Shown: positions 16,820 to 18,526 of the stretch, in pieces
How positions within the stretch are numbered: the first letter of the stretch is position 1
Layout: the number at the start of each line of letters is the position of its first letter
Origin: a candidate division WOR-3 bacterium
GTDB lineage: Bacteria > Hydrothermota > Tepidihabitantia > Tepidihabitantales > Tepidihabitantaceae
Reading direction: 5' to 3'
NCBI GenBank assembly: GCA_965649205.1
Contig: CBFGJV010000032.1
Coordinates: 1 to 18,526, forward strand
Length of the DNA: 18,526 nt
The notes under the pieces: generated by a model
What the model was told of the DNA's origin: nothing
The model's database searches: none
What the model saw: only the letters and a program-made list of their open reading frames with translations
Translations under genes and position numbers: made by a program

Positions 16820-18181
16820 CTAATTGTATCCCAGGAGCCTGGTGAACAACAGTACACCGGCCAGGATGACAACGAAACCACCGACGCTGATGAGTATGCC
16901 GGCCGTGGCCATGGTTCTTACCTTGACCAGACCCGAACCGTAGGCGATGGCGTTCGGCGGGGTGGAGATGGGCAGTATCATGGAGACGGACACGGTTATG
17001 CCGGTGGCGAGAACCAGCGGCGCGGGATGAGGAGCAAGACCGGCGACAAGGGGAAGCAGCATAGCGGCGGCCGAAGTATTAGAAATAAAGGTGGTAAGAA
17101 GCAGGGCTACCAACATTACAACCACAACCAAAAGCGTCAGGTTCATACCGTCAAAACGCAGCGAGGCCAGCAGCCAGTCAGCCAGGCCACTGGAGCGGAT
17201 GGCGACACCAAGCGAAAGGCCACCGCCCATCAAGATGAGTATGTCCCAGCCGATGCGGCCAAAGTCGTCACTATCCAAAAACCCGAAGCCGGTGAAAATA
17301 AGCGCAGGCAAAGTCGCCACTATGGCGGCGGGGATGCGATGCAATTCCGCCGTGAGCCAGAGGAGGAGGGTGAGCGCAAACACCAAGATGACTGCCTGCT
17401 GATGAGCGTTCAACGCTTCGGTATGAAGGGGAGGCATCTTCGCCTGTTTCACTCTGGCCGGAAACAGGCGCAGAAGCAGAAACCAGATGAGAAAGAACAA
17501 AACCGTGGTAATGGGCAAGCCGATGAGCATCCACTGGCCGAAAGAAATACGGATACCGTGGTCGGCGAGAAGACCAATGGCTATGGCGTTAGGCGGGCTG
17601 CCGATGGGCGTGGCAATGCCTCCCACATTTGCGGCAAAAGGTATGCCCAGGATAAGAGCGGTGCGGAAAGGTTCGTCTTCGGGCAGTTCACGGATGATGG
17701 TCAGCGCGGTACCGATAAGAAGCGCGGTAGCCGCGGTGTTGGACATCCACATGGAAAGGAAGGCAGCGACAAACATCATACCCAGAAGGATGCGGCCGGG
17801 TTTTGTGCCTGTATGATTCAAGATGAAACCGGTCAGAAGCGTATCAAGGTCAAACTTTCCCAGGGTGCGGGAGAGAACAAAGCCGCCCAGAAAGAGCATT
17901 ATCACGCGATCGAAGAAAGGGGCGATGAAAACGGAAGGATCGAGTCGCAAGGGGGCAGAAAGAAGGACAACCTCCAAGAAGAGAATAAGGAAAGATGTGG
18001 AATACAGAGGGATGGCTTCGGTAATCCAGAGCCAGCCGGCTGTGGCGACGATGGCCAGACAGCGTCTGGCCGGCTCGGACATTCCCGGGAAGGGGATAAG
18101 ATAAACCAGGAAACCCAGCAAAAGAGAGCCGCCGAAGTGGGCAAGCCGGCGGAAAAACAAAGAGCGCTGGTCGCGTACCAT
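16820..18181 (-). CDS. SLC13/DASS family sodium:anion symporter
   Basis: WITEAIP, LFLGGF, SMWMSNTAAT, GGIATPIGSPPNAIA, WDILILMGGGLSLG, FISNTSAA, LPISTPPNAIAYGSG: both SNT motifs are present. Confidence 0.93.
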   Translation of the reverse strand: MVRDQRSLFFRRLAHFGGSLLLGFLVYLIPFPGMSEPARRCLAIVATAGWLWITEAIPLYSTSFLILFLEVVLLSAPLRLDPSVFIAPFFDRVIMLFLGGFVLSRTLGKFDLDTLLTGFILNHTGTKPGRILLGMMFVAAFLSMWMSNTAATALLIGTALTIIRELPEDEPFRTALILGIPFAANVGGIATPIGSPPNAIAIGLLADHGIRISFGQWMLIGLPITTVLFFLIWFLLLRLFPARVKQAKMPPLHTEALNAHQQAVILVFALTLLLWLTAELHRIPAAIVATLPALIFTGFGFLDSDDFGRIGWDILILMGGGLSLGVAIRSSGLADWLLASLRFDGMNLTLLVVVVMLVALLLTTFISNTSAAAMLLPLVAGLAPHPAPLVLATGITVSVSMILPISTPPNAIAYGSGLVKVRTMATAGILISVGGFVVILAGVLLFTRLLGYN

Positions 18182-18202
18182 AGTCTTGGTCCCGGAGCGC
18201 TG

Positions 18203-18230
18203 AGTCTAGCACAGGGACGAACGAAGGCAA
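18203..18230 (-). promoter_or_regulatory. Possible promoter for the DASS operon
   Basis: Minus strand: TTGCCT (18230-18225), 16 nt, TAGACT (18208-18203), with TGn extension. Confidence 0.4.
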
Positions 18231-18348
18231 GCGGGGTTCAGAGCAAAAGGGTCAAAGGTTATTGCGAAATCAAGCCAGCGGCTCAGGGGGTCAACGGCAG
18301 TCGAGTTCCGTATCGTGTCTCTGTTTTTGTGTGCGCCCACAGGGCCGA

Positions 18349-18526
18349 TTAGTGTGACGGTATTTCAAGCACACGCTTAATGTACTCCCCCTGCTGGCGG
18401 ATGACCGGAAACTCGCGCTCGATGTCGGCCCACTGACGGTTCTCTCGGTCGGGAATATGCCTCAGGTCTGTGTCTGAAAGAATGTACCCATCAAGTGATA
18501 TGCTCTTGGTCCTGAAATCATCTCGC
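18349..18526 (-). CDS. 3' end of a gene running off the window; possibly the C-terminus of a type III restriction Res-like/DEAD-helicase protein
   Basis: Open frame RDDFRTKSISLDGYILSDTDLRHIPDRENRQWADIEREFPVIRQQGEYIKRVLEIPSH*, stop at 18351-18349. The family call is a weak recollection of the 'ILSxT...YIxxxL' pattern. Confidence 0.45.
   Translation of the reverse strand, partial: RDDFRTKSISLDGYILSDTDLRHIPDRENRQWADIEREFPVIRQQGEYIKRVLEIPSH

Noticed and set aside
16607..18352. 581-aa plus-strand ORF
   Set aside because: Antisense shadow of the hydrophobic DASS transporter. Its Q/R/G/H/D-rich composition is what reverse-complemented Leu/Val/Ala/Ile codons give, and it has no motifs or RBS.

Overview
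Chromosomal window of an uncultured-type diderm bacterium. A T9SS-type C-terminal sorting tail at the left edge suggests an FCB-related lineage such as WOR-3; this is inference. The left part (1-11.1 kb) is housekeeping: a GT2 glycosyltransferase, flippase-like membrane protein and hisC on +; a convergent tal-tkt-aminotransferase-methyltransferase-like operon on -; a TM2 protein; and an EF-G gene outside the str operon. The middle (11.1-14.0 kb) is a four-gene envelope operon: a frameshifted TolB-N/CsgG-like gene, an LpoB-like lipoprotein, a TPR lipoprotein and a YcfL-like lipoprotein. The right part (14.1-18.5 kb) is accessory and partly decaying: a tandem two-domain GxxExxY nuclease-like protein, three adjacent broken genes (AAA+ ATPase remnant, DUF486/DMT, DUF4126), an SLC13/DASS transporter followed by an uncharacterised Cys4 zinc-ribbon protein, and the 3' end of another gene at the edge. 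Several sigma70-like promoters and hairpins are visible. No rRNA, tRNA, CRISPR array or transposase was seen. All family calls come from motif recognition by eye, not database searches.
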